Origin: Candidatus Nomurabacteria bacterium | GTDB lineage: Bacteria > Patescibacteriota > Minisyncoccia > Phycocordibacterales > UBA9973 | Direction of reading: 5' to 3' | DNA length: 64,000 nucleotides | NCBI GenBank assembly: GCA_943350445.1 | Contig: CALRAE010000001.1 | Span: 29,561 to 93,560 of the forward strand | Shown here: one piece after another, positions 10,110 through 20,034 of the stretch | Numbering within the stretch: position 1 is the first letter of the stretch | How the letters are laid out: the number at the start of each line of letters is the position of its first letter | The notes under the pieces: model-generated | Seen by the model: the letters and a program-made list of their open reading frames with translations, nothing else | What the model was told of the DNA's origin: nothing | Databases searched by the model: none | Translations under genes and position numbers: made by a program

Positions 10110-10642
10110 ATGGAAGACTCATTTCATACAACCCATCTTCCTGCGGAATATGAAAGGAAGGGAAGAAACATGAAAGTCTTATTGAGAGCGTTCTTGCTCA
10201 CGTTGCGGAATCTACTCATCATCTCGACCATCAGATCAACATCGTCATCGGAATAAGCGCAGCGACGTTTCTTCTTTCTGTATCAATTTTTGAAAAGGAA
10301 CACGGAAGTGCTCCTCTATTTTTCGTAATGATCTTTGCTGGAGCTTCCGCTCTCGTGGGTTTGCTCGCAGTGCATCCGCCACGATTTATGAGGAAGCGTG
10401 GCCAGCCGGAGAGTCTGCTTTATAAGAAAAAGATTGAAAGTTTTAGTTCACCAGCAGAATACGAGAAAGCAGTTTTATTAGCGATGAAAACTCCAGCAAA
10501 AACCCGTGAACAATATGCAATTGAGATTTACAACTTATGTAAATATTACTATAGTCCGAAACGCAAACTCTTCCATGTGTCTCGCAAGCTTCTATTTGTT
10601 GGGATAGCTTTGAGTCTGGTTACGTTTCTAATTGGGGTTTGA
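10110..10642 (+). pseudogene. Pycsar-effector (PycTM/DUF5706)-like membrane protein, apparent frameshift near 10160
   Basis: Frame of ORF 10328 extends upstream as KKHESLIE...HLDHQINIVIGIS-TM-TM-PR...SLLY...EIYNL...KRKL-TM; the promoter-linked ATG at 10110 is in another frame. Confidence 0.6.
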
Positions 10643-10666
10643 CAATGGTTTTTAATCTGCTAAGAT
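10639..10666 (+). promoter_or_regulatory. tuf/S10 promoter
   Basis: TTGACA-16-TAAGAT with extended TG. Confidence 0.6.
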
Positions 10667-10814
10667 ATAAATCACTGCACTTTAGGCAGTTTTTGTTTTG
10701 TTTTTTACATTATTAATAATATCGCTCACGCTTAATTGGTGGGAGCAAGTTAGTAATTAAGCCTTAGCAGCTGGTCCTCGTATGTTAAGTCTTAACTATT
10801 AGCACAATATAAAA

Positions 10815-12008
10815 ATGTCAGAAGAATTTAAAAGAGATAAACCACACGTAAACGTAGGTACGATCGGTCACGTCGACCATGGTAAGACTACTTTAACGGC
10901 TGCAATCTTGCATGTGTTAAACATGGCTGGAAAGCAAGTTCGACTTCGAGGTGTTGATCAGATTGACTCAGCTCCAGAAGAAAAGGCTCGTGGAATCACC
11001 ATTAACATATCTCACAACGAGTATGCTACCGATGCACGTCACTATGCGCACATTGATGCTCCAGGACACGCAGACTACATCAAGAACATGATCACTGGTG
11101 CCGCTCAGATGGACGGCGCTATTCTTGTAGTTGCGGCGACTGACGGCGCTATGCCACAGACTCGTGAACACGTTCTTCTTGCAAAACAAGTTGGTGTTCC
11201 AAAAATGATCGTTTTCCTAAACAAGTGCGATATGGTTGACGATAAAGAAATGATTGACTTGGTTGAAGAGGAAATACGAGAACTTCTTACAAAGCAAGGT
11301 TTTGATGGCGCTGGCGCTCCAGTTATCCGTGGTTCTGCTCTCAAAGCTCTTGAATCAAAATCTGTGGATGATGAATGGGCAAAGAAAATTCTTGATCTTG
11401 CAAATGCTCTTGATACATATATTCCTGTTCCAATCCGAGAGTTAGCAAAACCTTTCCTTATGCCTGTCGAAGACATCTTCTCAATCGAAGGCCGTGGCAC
11501 AGTTGTGACTGGTAAGATCGAAAGAGGAGTAGTCAAGGTTGATGAGGAAATAGAAATTGTCGGAATCAAGCCTACTCAGAGATCAGTTGTTACAGGTATC
11601 GAAATGTTCAACAAGAATCTAAAAGAGGGTATGGCTGGCGACAACGCTGGTATCCTTCTCCGAGGTCTTAAAAAGGAAGATATAACTCGCGGACAAGTTC
11701 TTTGTAAACCTGGAACTACAACTCCACATGACAATTTCACAGCTGAAATTTATGTTTTGAAAAAGGAAGAAGGTGGACGTCACACTCCTTTCTTCAAGGG
11801 TTACAAGCCTCAATTTTATGTTCGAACTACAGATGTTACAGGTGATGTGACTCTAGCTGAAGGAACAGAGATGGTTATGCCCGGAGATACTGTAAAAATA
11901 ACAGTTAAATTAGTCACTCCAGTAGCACTCGAAGAATCACAGAGATTCGCGATCCGCGAAGGAGGCAAGACAGTCGGAGCTGGAGTGGTTACCAAGATCC
12001 TCGGATAG
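10815..12008 (+). CDS. tuf: Elongation factor Tu
   Basis: [21 protein letters not shown]. Confidence 0.99.
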   Translation: MSEEFKRDKPHVNVGTIGHVDHGKTTLTAAILHVLNMAGKQVRLRGVDQIDSAPEEKARGITINISHNEYATDARHYAHIDAPGHADYIKNMITGAAQMDGAILVVAATDGAMPQTREHVLLAKQVGVPKMIVFLNKCDMVDDKEMIDLVEEEIRELLTKQGFDGAGAPVIRGSALKALESKSVDDEWAKKILDLANALDTYIPVPIRELAKPFLMPVEDIFSIEGRGTVVTGKIERGVVKVDEEIEIVGIKPTQRSVVTGIEMFNKNLKEGMAGDNAGILLRGLKKEDITRGQVLCKPGTTTPHDNFTAEIYVLKKEEGGRHTPFFKGYKPQFYVRTTDVTGDVTLAEGTEMVMPGDTVKITVKLVTPVALEESQRFAIREGGKTVGAGVVTKILG

Positions 12009-12037
12009 CATATAAGTTATAAAGTTATAAAAGTTCT

Positions 12038-12448
12038 ATGACAACAACAGAGATAAAAACAAAAAAGCCTAAAGTGGCAAAAAGTGCAGCAACCAAAATT
12101 CCCAAAGTGAAGGCCTCAAAAGCTTCAAAGAAGGAAGACGGTCAAGTTGTGCTTCGCATACGTGTACGAGCGTATGAGAGTAAGATTCTTGATGCTTCTG
12201 TGAAGCAAATTATGGATACTGCAGTTCGTCACGATGCTACTATTGTTGGTCCTGTTCCGTTGCCTACTGAAATAAAGAAATACACAGTCAATCGCTCTCC
12301 TTTTATTTACAAAAATACTAGAGAGCAATTTGAAATTCGTGTACACAAGAGATTGATTGATATCATAAATCCAAATGCAAAGACCATCGAGGCTCTTACC
12401 AATTTGTCTCTTCCTTCCGGAGTAGATATAGACGTTAAAATGTTGTAA
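12038..12448 (+). CDS. rpsJ: 30S ribosomal protein S10 (Lys-rich N-extension)
   Basis: GPVPLPT, REQFEIRVHKRLIDI. Confidence 0.97.
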   Translation: MTTTEIKTKKPKVAKSAATKIPKVKASKASKKEDGQVVLRIRVRAYESKILDASVKQIMDTAVRHDATIVGPVPLPTEIKKYTVNRSPFIYKNTREQFEIRVHKRLIDIINPNAKTIEALTNLSLPSGVDIDVKML

Positions 12449-12452
12449 TTCC

Positions 12453-13067
12453 ATGAAATTCATTCTTGCTACAAAAGAAAACATGTCTGAGTATTTCTCC
12501 GAAGAGGGTGTGGTTATTCCAGTGACTATCGTTTCTGCTGGACCTGTGACTGTGACTCGAGTCTTCGAAAAATCAAAAGATGGTTATGACTCTGTCCAAG
12601 TTGGTTTCGGCACTCAAAAGAAAGAAAGAATCACCAAGGGTCGCGCTGGTGCCATGAAAGGTGCTTTCTATAAGAATTTGAAAGAATTCAGACTAAAACC
12701 AGCAGACAAGACAACAGTCAAAGAAGGTGATGTTGTGGATGTTTCAATCTTTACTGCAGGAGACATGGTTCAGATCTCAAGTACCTCTAAAGGTAAAGGT
12801 TTTCAAGGTGTCGTTAAACGCCATGGATTTGCTGGAGGTCCACGTACTCACGGCCAAAAGCACTCAGAGCGTGAAGCTGGTTCTATCGGTGGTGGTCTAC
12901 GTACTCACGTGCCAAAAGGTATGAGAATGGCTGGACGCATGGGTTCTGATCGTATCACGCAAAAGAATTTGAAAGTTATTTCCGTAGACAAAGAAAACAA
13001 CATTATGCTTATCAAGGGAGCAATCGCTGGGAAGCGTGGAAGTTTAATCGAGATAATCAGTAGATAA
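12453..13067 (+). CDS. rplC: 50S ribosomal protein L3
   Basis: KGKGFQGVVKRHGF, MAGRMG. Confidence 0.98.
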   Translation: MKFILATKENMSEYFSEEGVVIPVTIVSAGPVTVTRVFEKSKDGYDSVQVGFGTQKKERITKGRAGAMKGAFYKNLKEFRLKPADKTTVKEGDVVDVSIFTAGDMVQISSTSKGKGFQGVVKRHGFAGGPRTHGQKHSEREAGSIGGGLRTHVPKGMRMAGRMGSDRITQKNLKVISVDKENNIMLIKGAIAGKRGSLIEIISR

Positions 13068-13068
13068 T

Positions 13069-13728
13069 ATGGAAGCAAAAATATACAACCAAAAAGGAAC
13101 TACAGCCGGCACGATAACTCTTCCAGAGAAAGTTTTTGCTGCAAAGTGGAGGAGCGACCTCGTGCACCAAGTCGTACAGAGTATGCGCAGTAACAAGCGC
13201 GCTGGTACAGCTGACACCAAAGACCGCGGAGAAGTTCGTGGTGGAGGTAAGAAGCCTTGGAAGCAAAAGGGAACAGGACAAGCTCGTCATGGATCATCTC
13301 GCAGTCCTATTTGGGTAGGTGGAGGTGTGACTCATGGCCCACTCGCTGAAAAGAACTATAAGAGAAAAATTTCAGCAAAGATGCGTGCACAAGCTTTATT
13401 CTCAGTACTTTCAAAGAAATTAAAAGACGGAGAGATAATTTTTGTTGATACTCTGGCGACAGATTCTATCAAGACTAAAGATGCTGTAAAAGTGGTTCAG
13501 AACTTGGCTAAAGTTTCTGGATGGAAGACAGTAGATGCATCAAAGAAGCCTCGCGTTCTTACTGCTCTTTTTGCTCGCAGTGAAAAGACAGAGAAGAGTT
13601 TCCGTAATATTCCAGCCCTTGAAATAGCTTTTTTGAAAAATTTGAATCCATTTGATGTGTTGAATTATAAGTATCTTTTAATTGAGAATCCAACCGAAAG
13701 TGTTAAATTCCTAGAATCAAGAGGATAA
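13069..13728 (+). CDS. rplD: 50S ribosomal protein L4
   Basis: KPWKQKGTGQARHGS. Confidence 0.98.
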   Translation: MEAKIYNQKGTTAGTITLPEKVFAAKWRSDLVHQVVQSMRSNKRAGTADTKDRGEVRGGGKKPWKQKGTGQARHGSSRSPIWVGGGVTHGPLAEKNYKRKISAKMRAQALFSVLSKKLKDGEIIFVDTLATDSIKTKDAVKVVQNLAKVSGWKTVDASKKPRVLTALFARSEKTEKSFRNIPALEIAFLKNLNPFDVLNYKYLLIENPTESVKFLESRG

Positions 13729-13733
13729 ACCAT

Positions 13734-14003
13734 ATGACACACATAATACAAAACCCAAGAGTCACCGAAAAAGCATCTTTTGCCTACGAGCACAATGTTT
13801 ACACTTTTGATGTATCTGCTTCTGCGAACAAGACAGAAATCAAGAAAGCAATTTTTTTACTTTACAAAGTGAAGCCTGTGAAAGTAAACGTTCTACCTAT
13901 CCCAAAGAAAAGTACTTTTTCAAAAGGGAAGGCTGGGTCAAAAGGTGGAGGCAGAAAGGCTCTGGTATATTTAAAGAAAGGTGATAAGATAGAATTCGTT
14001 TAA
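13734..14003 (+). CDS. rplW: 50S ribosomal protein L23
   Basis: PRVTEKA, ANKTEIKKA; position. Confidence 0.96.
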   Translation: MTHIIQNPRVTEKASFAYEHNVYTFDVSASANKTEIKKAIFLLYKVKPVKVNVLPIPKKSTFSKGKAGSKGGGRKALVYLKKGDKIEFV

Positions 14004-14053
14004 AAGCGCCGCGCTTTAATTGACGATTGCGCGACATGATTTTGTAAAATCAC

Positions 14054-14893
14054 ATGAAAACATACAAACCAACAAGTAAATCAAGACGACACATGACTCA
14101 TGTTCCTTACAGGGAGCTTTTGAGTCACACTGAGCCGACCAAATCTTTAACTCACGGATTCTATCGAAGAGTGGGCCGCAACAGTGCTGGACGCATCACT
14201 GTCCGTCATAAAGGAGGAGGACACAAGCGCCTCTATCGAGACGTAGACTTTTTATATAACAAGAAAGACATTCCGGCGACTATCAAATCTGTGGAATACG
14301 ATCCAAACCGTTCCGCATTTATCGGTCTTGCTGTCTACAAAGATGGAGAGAAGAGATATGTAGTTCTTCCGAAGTCAGTCAAACCAGGTCATACATTTAT
14401 TGTTTCCAATAAAGCTCCTCTTGAACTTGCAAACAGACTTCCTTTAAAAGAAATCCCAGTCGGTACTTTCGTTTACAACGTAGAGATCCAACCAAACGGT
14501 GGAGCAAAGATCGGACGTTCTGCAGGTATCTTCGCACAAGTTGTGGCGAATGCTGATGGATATACAAACCTCAAGATGCCTTCGACTGAAATCAGAAAAA
14601 TAAATGAAAATTGTTTTGCATGTGTCGGTACTGTTAGTAACGATGAACATCATCTAGAAAATTGGGGCAAGGCGGGACGTTCTCGCTGGAAGGGTATTCG
14701 CCCGACTGTCCGTGGTTCTGCAATGAACCCTGTAGACCATCCATACGGTGGAGGTGAAGGTAGACAAGGCCGTGGTACCAAGCGTCCGAAGACTATGTGG
14801 GGTAAAGTTACGGGTGGCAGGAAGACCCGCAGCCCAAAGCGATACTCTCAAGTGTTCATCGTCTCCCGCCGAAAGACTGGCAAGAATAAATAA
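14054..14893 (+). CDS. rplB: 50S ribosomal protein L2
   Basis: EYDPNRSA, MNPVDHPYGGGEG. Confidence 0.99.
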   Translation: MKTYKPTSKSRRHMTHVPYRELLSHTEPTKSLTHGFYRRVGRNSAGRITVRHKGGGHKRLYRDVDFLYNKKDIPATIKSVEYDPNRSAFIGLAVYKDGEKRYVVLPKSVKPGHTFIVSNKAPLELANRLPLKEIPVGTFVYNVEIQPNGGAKIGRSAGIFAQVVANADGYTNLKMPSTEIRKINENCFACVGTVSNDEHHLENWGKAGRSRWKGIRPTVRGSAMNPVDHPYGGGEGRQGRGTKRPKTMWGKVTGGRKTRSPKRYSQVFIVSRRKTGKNK

Positions 14894-14900
14894 AGAATTT

Positions 14901-14932
14901 AAAAACACAGCCTTCGGGCTGTGTTTTGTTTT
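14901..14932. terminator. Bidirectional terminator
   Basis: aaaacacagcc-ttcg-ggctgtgtttt. Confidence 0.85.
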
Positions 14933-15458
14933 AACTCAATTTCTCAAAAGCCATTTTGACTGCTTCCTTTTCGTCAGAGAACATGGCTATGGTGTTTTCG
15001 TCTGTTACACCCGTGTTTCTATCTATATGTTTCAGGTCTACAATTTTTTTCACATCATTTGGTCTGATTACCCTAAACCCTCCAAATGAAGCTTTTTTCT
15101 CTCTATTTATCATATTTTTCCACACTTTTTCTTCTATAATGGCTCCATAAGTGATTACTTGTTTCTCTGGTTTTTCATAGTTTATCAATTCTATTAATTT
15201 TCCTGTTTCAGATAATTTTTTCACTATAAGTAATAGTTCATCTCCGAGTTCTTCTTGAACTTCTCGAAATAGCGCTTGCATAAAGTCTTCACCTTCTTCA
15301 AGTCCACCATGAGCCGTCACCTGGCACATGCCTGGATAGGATTCTGGGCAGTTTTTTTCTGCATCCCATTTTGCACGCACTTGCAGTATGGCCACCAATC
15401 CTCCATCTTTATTTTTGCCTAATAGTTGTATTCCGACGGATTTCTTTTTATTTTGCAT
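14931..15458 (-). CDS. NUDIX hydrolase (accessory)
   Basis: Nudix box GGLEEGEDFMQALFREVQEELG. Confidence 0.85.
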   Translation of the reverse strand: MQNKKKSVGIQLLGKNKDGGLVAILQVRAKWDAEKNCPESYPGMCQVTAHGGLEEGEDFMQALFREVQEELGDELLLIVKKLSETGKLIELINYEKPEKQVITYGAIIEEKVWKNMINREKKASFGGFRVIRPNDVKKIVDLKHIDRNTGVTDENTIAMFSDEKEAVKMAFEKLS

Positions 15459-15473
15459 ACAAGTTTATACTAT

Positions 15474-15517
15474 CATGGTTCGATTTTACTCACTATGACC
15501 CTGAGCTTGCCGAATGG
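15474..15517. repeat. REP-like pair (TTCGA..CTCAC / CTGAGCTTGCCGAA)
   Basis: Related to the 26-bp repeats at 16243 and 22460. Confidence 0.6.
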
Positions 15518-15650
15518 ATCATTGTTTTTATAAACAACAATCCACAATTCTTATATTGCGTTATTTTATATATAGTGTATAAATATAAACGAATAATATT
15601 GAACAAATAGTGCACTGCTTACGCAGTCCACGGAAGGGAGGTGAGTAATA

Positions 15651-15746
15651 ATGTCTAAAGCCAAACAGAAACAACTGACCGCACAAGGACAGCAAGGAGA
15701 AAAACAGAAGCTCAGAAGGCAGCCGCAGAAAGTTCGCCAGAAGTGA
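15651..15746 (+). CDS. Small basic K/Q/R-rich peptide (31 aa)
   Basis: Strong SD GGAGGTGA before ATG; MSKAKQKQLTAQGQQGEKQKLRRQPQKVRQK; strong hairpin downstream. Confidence 0.55.
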   Translation: MSKAKQKQLTAQGQQGEKQKLRRQPQKVRQK

Positions 15747-15772
15747 CCTGCGAACCAAAGTGCTAGAATCAT

Positions 15773-15811
15773 GGGGGCCACCGATGCACTCGGTGGCCCC
15801 CAATCTATTTT
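15773..15811 (+). terminator. GC-rich hairpin terminator
   Basis: gggggccaccga-tgcac-tcggtggccccc. Confidence 0.75.
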
Positions 15812-15813
15812 AT

Positions 15814-15841
15814 TTGACATTTTGCGCCTATTTGCTAATAT
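15814..15841 (+). promoter_or_regulatory. Internal promoter restarting the operon at rpsS
   Basis: TTGACA-16-TAATAT with extended TG. Confidence 0.6.
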
Positions 15842-15891
15842 AAATCCAAGCTCGCTAGGGGCTATTTTTAATGCTTTACCAAAAATAAACT

Positions 15892-16245
15892 ATGACAAGA
15901 TCACTCAAAAAAGGTGTATATGCAGATGAAAGGCTCTTGAAAAAGATTGCCGGCAAAAACCCGCTCAATACTCCTACTGTAAAGACATGGAAAAGAGCCG
16001 TAGTTATCTCTCCAGAGATGCTTGGCTTCACTTTTGGTGTTTACAACGGCAAGGTGCATGTGGATGTTCTTGTCACCGAAGACATGGTGGGTCACAGACT
16101 AGGCGAATTTTCTCCAACCAAGAAGTTTACGAAACACGGAGGAAAGATGCAGAAAGAGCTTGAGCAAAAGAAAAAGGAAGCTGAAATAACTGCTGCTAAG
16201 GGCGCGACTGCAGCCGCAGTGGACGCAAAAGCACCTAAGAAATAG
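15892..16245 (+). CDS. rpsS: 30S ribosomal protein S19 (C-terminal extension)
   Basis: RSLKKG, MVGHRLGEFSPT. Confidence 0.98.
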   Translation: MTRSLKKGVYADERLLKKIAGKNPLNTPTVKTWKRAVVISPEMLGFTFGVYNGKVHVDVLVTEDMVGHRLGEFSPTKKFTKHGGKMQKELEQKKKEAEITAAKGATAAAVDAKAPKK

Positions 16246-16268
16246 TTCGACAAGCTCACTATAAATAA
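16243..16268 (+). repeat. 26-bp exact repeat, copy 1
   Basis: tagttcgacaagctcactataaataa, identical at 22460-22485. Confidence 0.9.
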
Positions 16269-16279
16269 TCATCATAAAT

Positions 16280-16666
16280 ATGAAAGCATTTTTAAAAAAT
16301 TACAGACAAGCACCAAGAAAAGTTCGCCTAGTGGCATCTCTCGTTAAAGGCAAGAGTGTTGCGAACGCGATAGTTGAACTTGATTTCTTGGCAAAGCGCG
16401 CAGGTCTACCGATCAAGAAGCTTTTACTTTCTGCTGTTGCGAATGCAAAAAATATGGGCATAGAAGTAGATAATTTATTTATCAAAGAATTAAGAGTAGA
16501 CAAGGGCATAGTCATGAAGAGAATGATGCCAGCGGCGATGGGTACAGGACACAGAATAAACAAGCGAACGAGTCACTTGAATCTGCTTTTGGCGGAAAAG
16601 GTGGCTCCGGTTAAACGATCTAAGAAAATTAAAGAGGTTAAAGTGAAAGAAGTAGTAAAAAAATAA
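16280..16666 (+). CDS. rplV: 50S ribosomal protein L22
   Basis: APRKVRLVA, SAVANA, KRTSH. Confidence 0.97.
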   Translation: MKAFLKNYRQAPRKVRLVASLVKGKSVANAIVELDFLAKRAGLPIKKLLLSAVANAKNMGIEVDNLFIKELRVDKGIVMKRMMPAAMGTGHRINKRTSHLNLLLAEKVAPVKRSKKIKEVKVKEVVKK

Positions 16667-16675
16667 TAAAATTAT

Positions 16676-17416
16676 ATGTCAAAAATAGTACATCCATATG
16701 CACATAGATTGATCATACTCCGAGACTGGAAGTCTCGCTGGTTTGCTGATTCAAAGAAATACGTCACCTATCTAAAAGGGGATGTGCTCATTCGTCAGTA
16801 CTTAGAAAAGAAATTGCGTGGTATGTACGTCTCTACTATTGAGATCGAACGAAGCCGAAAAGCTACTCGCTTTATCATCAAGACTTCTCGCCCAGGACTT
16901 ATCATCGGCCGAAGTGGCGAAGGTGCTACCAAGCTCAAAGAAGAGATATTGAAAAAGATGGACTACCTCAAGCTAGGCAGACCAGAAGATTTCAAACTAG
17001 AAATCGTGGAAGTCACAAATCCAGAAGCAGATGCTGCTATCGTCGCATACATGATCGCAGAAGGTTTGGAGAAAAGATTACCATACCGCCGAGTTATCAA
17101 GACAATAATCGAAAAAGTCATGACTGCTCGTGGGGTAGAAGGAGCGAGAGTAGTCCTGTCAGGTAGACTCGGAGGAGCTGACATTGCTCGTACGGAAGAG
17201 CTTAAGCGTGGAAGTATCCCGCTTCAGACTTTCCGCGCGGACATAGACTTCAAGCGTGAACGCGCGACTCTATCTTATGGAGTTATCGGCGTGAAGGTTT
17301 GGATATATCGAGGAAAAATATTTGCAGATAAGAAAAATTCCAAGACTGTTTTTAGTAGTGATGAAGCAGGTGGCAAAGAAGGAGCAGATAATATAAAGGC
17401 AGTTAAATTAGATTAA
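16676..17416 (+). CDS. rpsC: 30S ribosomal protein S3
   Basis: RPGLIIGRSG, SGRLGGADIAR, YGVIGVKVWI. Confidence 0.98.
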   Translation: MSKIVHPYAHRLIILRDWKSRWFADSKKYVTYLKGDVLIRQYLEKKLRGMYVSTIEIERSRKATRFIIKTSRPGLIIGRSGEGATKLKEEILKKMDYLKLGRPEDFKLEIVEVTNPEADAAIVAYMIAEGLEKRLPYRRVIKTIIEKVMTARGVEGARVVLSGRLGGADIARTEELKRGSIPLQTFRADIDFKRERATLSYGVIGVKVWIYRGKIFADKKNSKTVFSSDEAGGKEGADNIKAVKLD

Positions 17417-17420
17417 ATAT

Positions 17421-17849
17421 ATGTTAGTACCAAAAAAAGTAAAATTTAGAAAATGGCAGACCAAGCGAACGAATCCAAAGGCGATGGGTCCAGATACTAG
17501 GGGCACCAAGTTGTCTTTCGGTTCTTATGGACTCAAGTCTATATCTCAAGCTCGCGTCAGATCTGCGCAAATCGAAGCAGCACGAAAGGTTATCGCTCGT
17601 ACTCTCACCAAAGCTGGTAAATATTGGATCCGCATTTTCCCAGATCGACCTTATACTGCTAAAGCTGCAGAAGTGGGCATGGGTAAAGGTAAAGGAGACC
17701 CACAAGGATACTGTTTCGATGTTTTCCCTGGACGTATTATTTTCGAAGTTGACGGAGTAGATGAGAAAACTGCTAGCGAAGCATTACGAAAAGCTGGTAG
17801 CAAGCTCCCACTAAAGGTCAGAATCATGTCTAGAGTACACAAGCAATAA
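17421..17849 (+). CDS. rplP: 50S ribosomal protein L16
   Basis: WIRIFPD, MGKGKG. Confidence 0.98.
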   Translation: MLVPKKVKFRKWQTKRTNPKAMGPDTRGTKLSFGSYGLKSISQARVRSAQIEAARKVIARTLTKAGKYWIRIFPDRPYTAKAAEVGMGKGKGDPQGYCFDVFPGRIIFEVDGVDEKTASEALRKAGSKLPLKVRIMSRVHKQ

Positions 17850-17855
17850 AATTAT

Positions 17856-18065
17856 ATGGCTAAAGCAAAGAAAACCGAAAAGAATAGTTTTAAAGGTATG
17901 AAATTGGCAGATCTTAACAAGCAACTCGCTACTTTACAGGAGAATGCAAGAGTTATAAGATTCAAGGCCGAGGGTGCAAAACCAAAGAATGTTAAGGAGA
18001 TTGCAAATTTAAAGAAAGATATTGCTCGAATCTTAACAGAGATAAAAGCACAATCCGCAAAATAA
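17856..18065 (+). CDS. rpmC: 50S ribosomal protein L29
   Basis: [10 protein letters not shown]; position. Confidence 0.92.
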   Translation: MAKAKKTEKNSFKGMKLADLNKQLATLQENARVIRFKAEGAKPKNVKEIANLKKDIARILTEIKAQSAK

Positions 18066-18090
18066 TAGATTTATAAAGTTATATAAAAAA

Positions 18091-18354
18091 ATGGCAACAA
18101 AATCAGAAAACAAAATAAAAGAAAGCAAAGGCAACATCCTAAAAGGAGTGGTTGTTTCAGACAAGATGCAAAAGACTGTTGTTGTTTCTGTTTCCAGATT
18201 CATCAAGCATCCCTTGTATGGCAAGTATTACAAAGTCAGCAAGAAGTATAAAGCGCACGATGAAGAGAATGCACATAAAGTCGGAGACAATGTAGAAATA
18301 GTCGAGACACGACCTATTTCTAAAGACAAGAGATTTAAAGTAGTCGTTAAATAA
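18091..18354 (+). CDS. rpsQ: 30S ribosomal protein S17
   Basis: [18 protein letters not shown]. Confidence 0.98.
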   Translation: MATKSENKIKESKGNILKGVVVSDKMQKTVVVSVSRFIKHPLYGKYYKVSKKYKAHDEENAHKVGDNVEIVETRPISKDKRFKVVVK

Positions 18355-18373
18355 ATATTTTAGAAATAATTAT

Positions 18374-18745
18374 ATGATTCAACCAAGAACATTAGTAAAA
18401 ATAGCAGACAACGCCGGAGGAACACTCGGAGCCGTATTTAAGGTTTTGGGTTCTTCAAAGAAAAGATACGCAACTCTTGGTGAAGAAGTAGTTATTTCTA
18501 TAAAAATTGCGACTCCTAGAAAGGGTGTTAAAAAGAAAGACGTGCATACAGCAGTCGTAGTGCGAACTCGTGCTGCTTTCCGCCGAAAGGATGGTTCTTA
18601 TATTCGTTTTGATGATAATGCGGTGGTGTTGCTCGAAAAAGGCAAAAAAGATCCAAAGGCTGGACGTGTTTTCGGTCCGATTCCACGAGAGCTAGCTGAA
18701 AAGGGATACCAGAAGATAATTTCATTGGCGCAAGAAGTCATCTAA
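18374..18745 (+). CDS. rplN: 50S ribosomal protein L14
   Basis: ADNAG, RFDDNAVV. Confidence 0.98.
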   Translation: MIQPRTLVKIADNAGGTLGAVFKVLGSSKKRYATLGEEVVISIKIATPRKGVKKKDVHTAVVVRTRAAFRRKDGSYIRFDDNAVVLLEKGKKDPKAGRVFGPIPRELAEKGYQKIISLAQEVI

Positions 18746-18761
18746 GTTATAAAGTAAATAT

Positions 18762-18980
18762 ATGAAAATCAAAAAAGGAGACAACATAACAGTAATAACA
18801 GGTAAGGATAAAGGCAAAAAAGGCAAAGTTGCTCGTGTGTTAGTGAGCGAAAATAAAGTCATCGTTGAAGGTATCAACATGATGAAAAAGCACCAGCGTC
18901 CAAGGAAGTCTGGCGAGAAGGGAAGTATGAAGGACATCGAAATGCCGATAGATGCTTCAAACGTTAAAAAAAATGATTAA
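18762..18980 (+). CDS. rplX: 50S ribosomal protein L24 (short)
   Basis: KKGD...GKDKGK, VEGIN, ASNV. Confidence 0.95.
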   Translation: MKIKKGDNITVITGKDKGKKGKVARVLVSENKVIVEGINMMKKHQRPRKSGEKGSMKDIEMPIDASNVKKND

Positions 18981-18988
18981 ATAAATAT

Positions 18989-19540
18989 ATGGCAAAACAT
19001 TTAACTGTAAAAGAAAAAGAAATAGCGGCTTTTGAAAAAATGAAAGATGTTTTTCATTATAAAAACATCATGGCTGCAGCAAAGATGGAAAAGGTTGTGA
19101 TCAACGTCGGTACTGGAACGGCTATTAAAAAAGATAAGAACAAAAATGACGCTATCTCTGATCGTTTAGCCAAAATAACTGGCCAGAAGACCGCTACAAG
19201 AGGTGCAAAGCAATCAATCGCATCTTTTAAAACTAGAAAGGGGGATCCTATCGGCATCGTGGTAACACTACGTGGCAAGAGGATGTATGCTTTCTTGGAA
19301 AAGCTGATCAACGTGGCTCTGCCTCGTACCAAAGACTTTCGTGGGCTCACTCCAAAGTCAGTAGACAATATTGGTAACCTTACCATTGGCATAAAAGAAC
19401 ACACTATTTTCCCAGAAACAGCTGATGAAGACATTCGCGACGTTTTTGGTCTTTCTATCACCCTTGTATCTAAAGCAAAATATAAAAAGGAAGGTAAAGC
19501 CTTTTTTGAACTCCTCGGCGTTCCTTTTAAGAAGGACTAA
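18989..19540 (+). CDS. rplE: 50S ribosomal protein L5
   Basis: ITGQK, LPRTKDFRG. Confidence 0.98.
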   Translation: MAKHLTVKEKEIAAFEKMKDVFHYKNIMAAAKMEKVVINVGTGTAIKKDKNKNDAISDRLAKITGQKTATRGAKQSIASFKTRKGDPIGIVVTLRGKRMYAFLEKLINVALPRTKDFRGLTPKSVDNIGNLTIGIKEHTIFPETADEDIRDVFGLSITLVSKAKYKKEGKAFFELLGVPFKKD

Positions 19541-19555
19541 ACGAAGAAATAGAAA

Positions 19556-19576
19556 TTGTGAGGCAAGACCTCACAA
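19556..19576. repeat. Short palindrome at left edge of pilin insert
   Basis: ttgtgagg-caaga-cctcacaa. Confidence 0.6.
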
Positions 19577-19617
19577 CTAATTTTGGTATAACTGCATGAT
19601 TGTTATATAATGTTTAT

Positions 19618-20034
19618 ATGCCTGAGGATATGAAAATCCCCAATAGTTCTGAGATTGATCAAGCCTTAAGAGAGTTTGAGGCACAGTCACATCCTCTGGG
19701 TCAGACGACACAAAAAGCTCCTGAAGCTCCAAGGGTATCTGATACTTTTAAGACCGAAACAACAGGAATAAGTTTTGAAACTGACAGTCTTAAATCGATA
19801 AATAATGCCAACGAAATTGTTGTGCCCAGAATGGTAAGAATCGTGATGAAACTCTCTGGAGGAGCTATAAAAGAGCAAAAACAGGCAGAATATGTGCTTC
19901 TCGGCTTTGCTTTAGTGATATTCCTTATTTCGCTGTATTTGTTTTTTGGCGGAGGTGAACCTACTCAAAAAATTTCCAACGAAGAATCTGTACAAAACTA
20001 TAATAATTATTATGAAAATCTACATAAAAAATAA
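19618..20034 (+). CDS. Single-TM protein, cassette A
   Basis: Paralog of 21221-21616 (EID.AL.EFEA, GISF.TD, MKLSGGAIKEQ.QAEYVLLGF). Confidence 0.8.
   Translation: MPEDMKIPNSSEIDQALREFEAQSHPLGQTTQKAPEAPRVSDTFKTETTGISFETDSLKSINNANEIVVPRMVRIVMKLSGGAIKEQKQAEYVLLGFALVIFLISLYLFFGGGEPTQKISNEESVQNYNNYYENLHKK

Noticed and set aside
10110-10160. UGA-to-Gly recoding (code 25) to rescue the Pycsar-like frame
   Set aside because: No upstream start even with readthrough, and conserved long ORFs in the window contain no internal TGA
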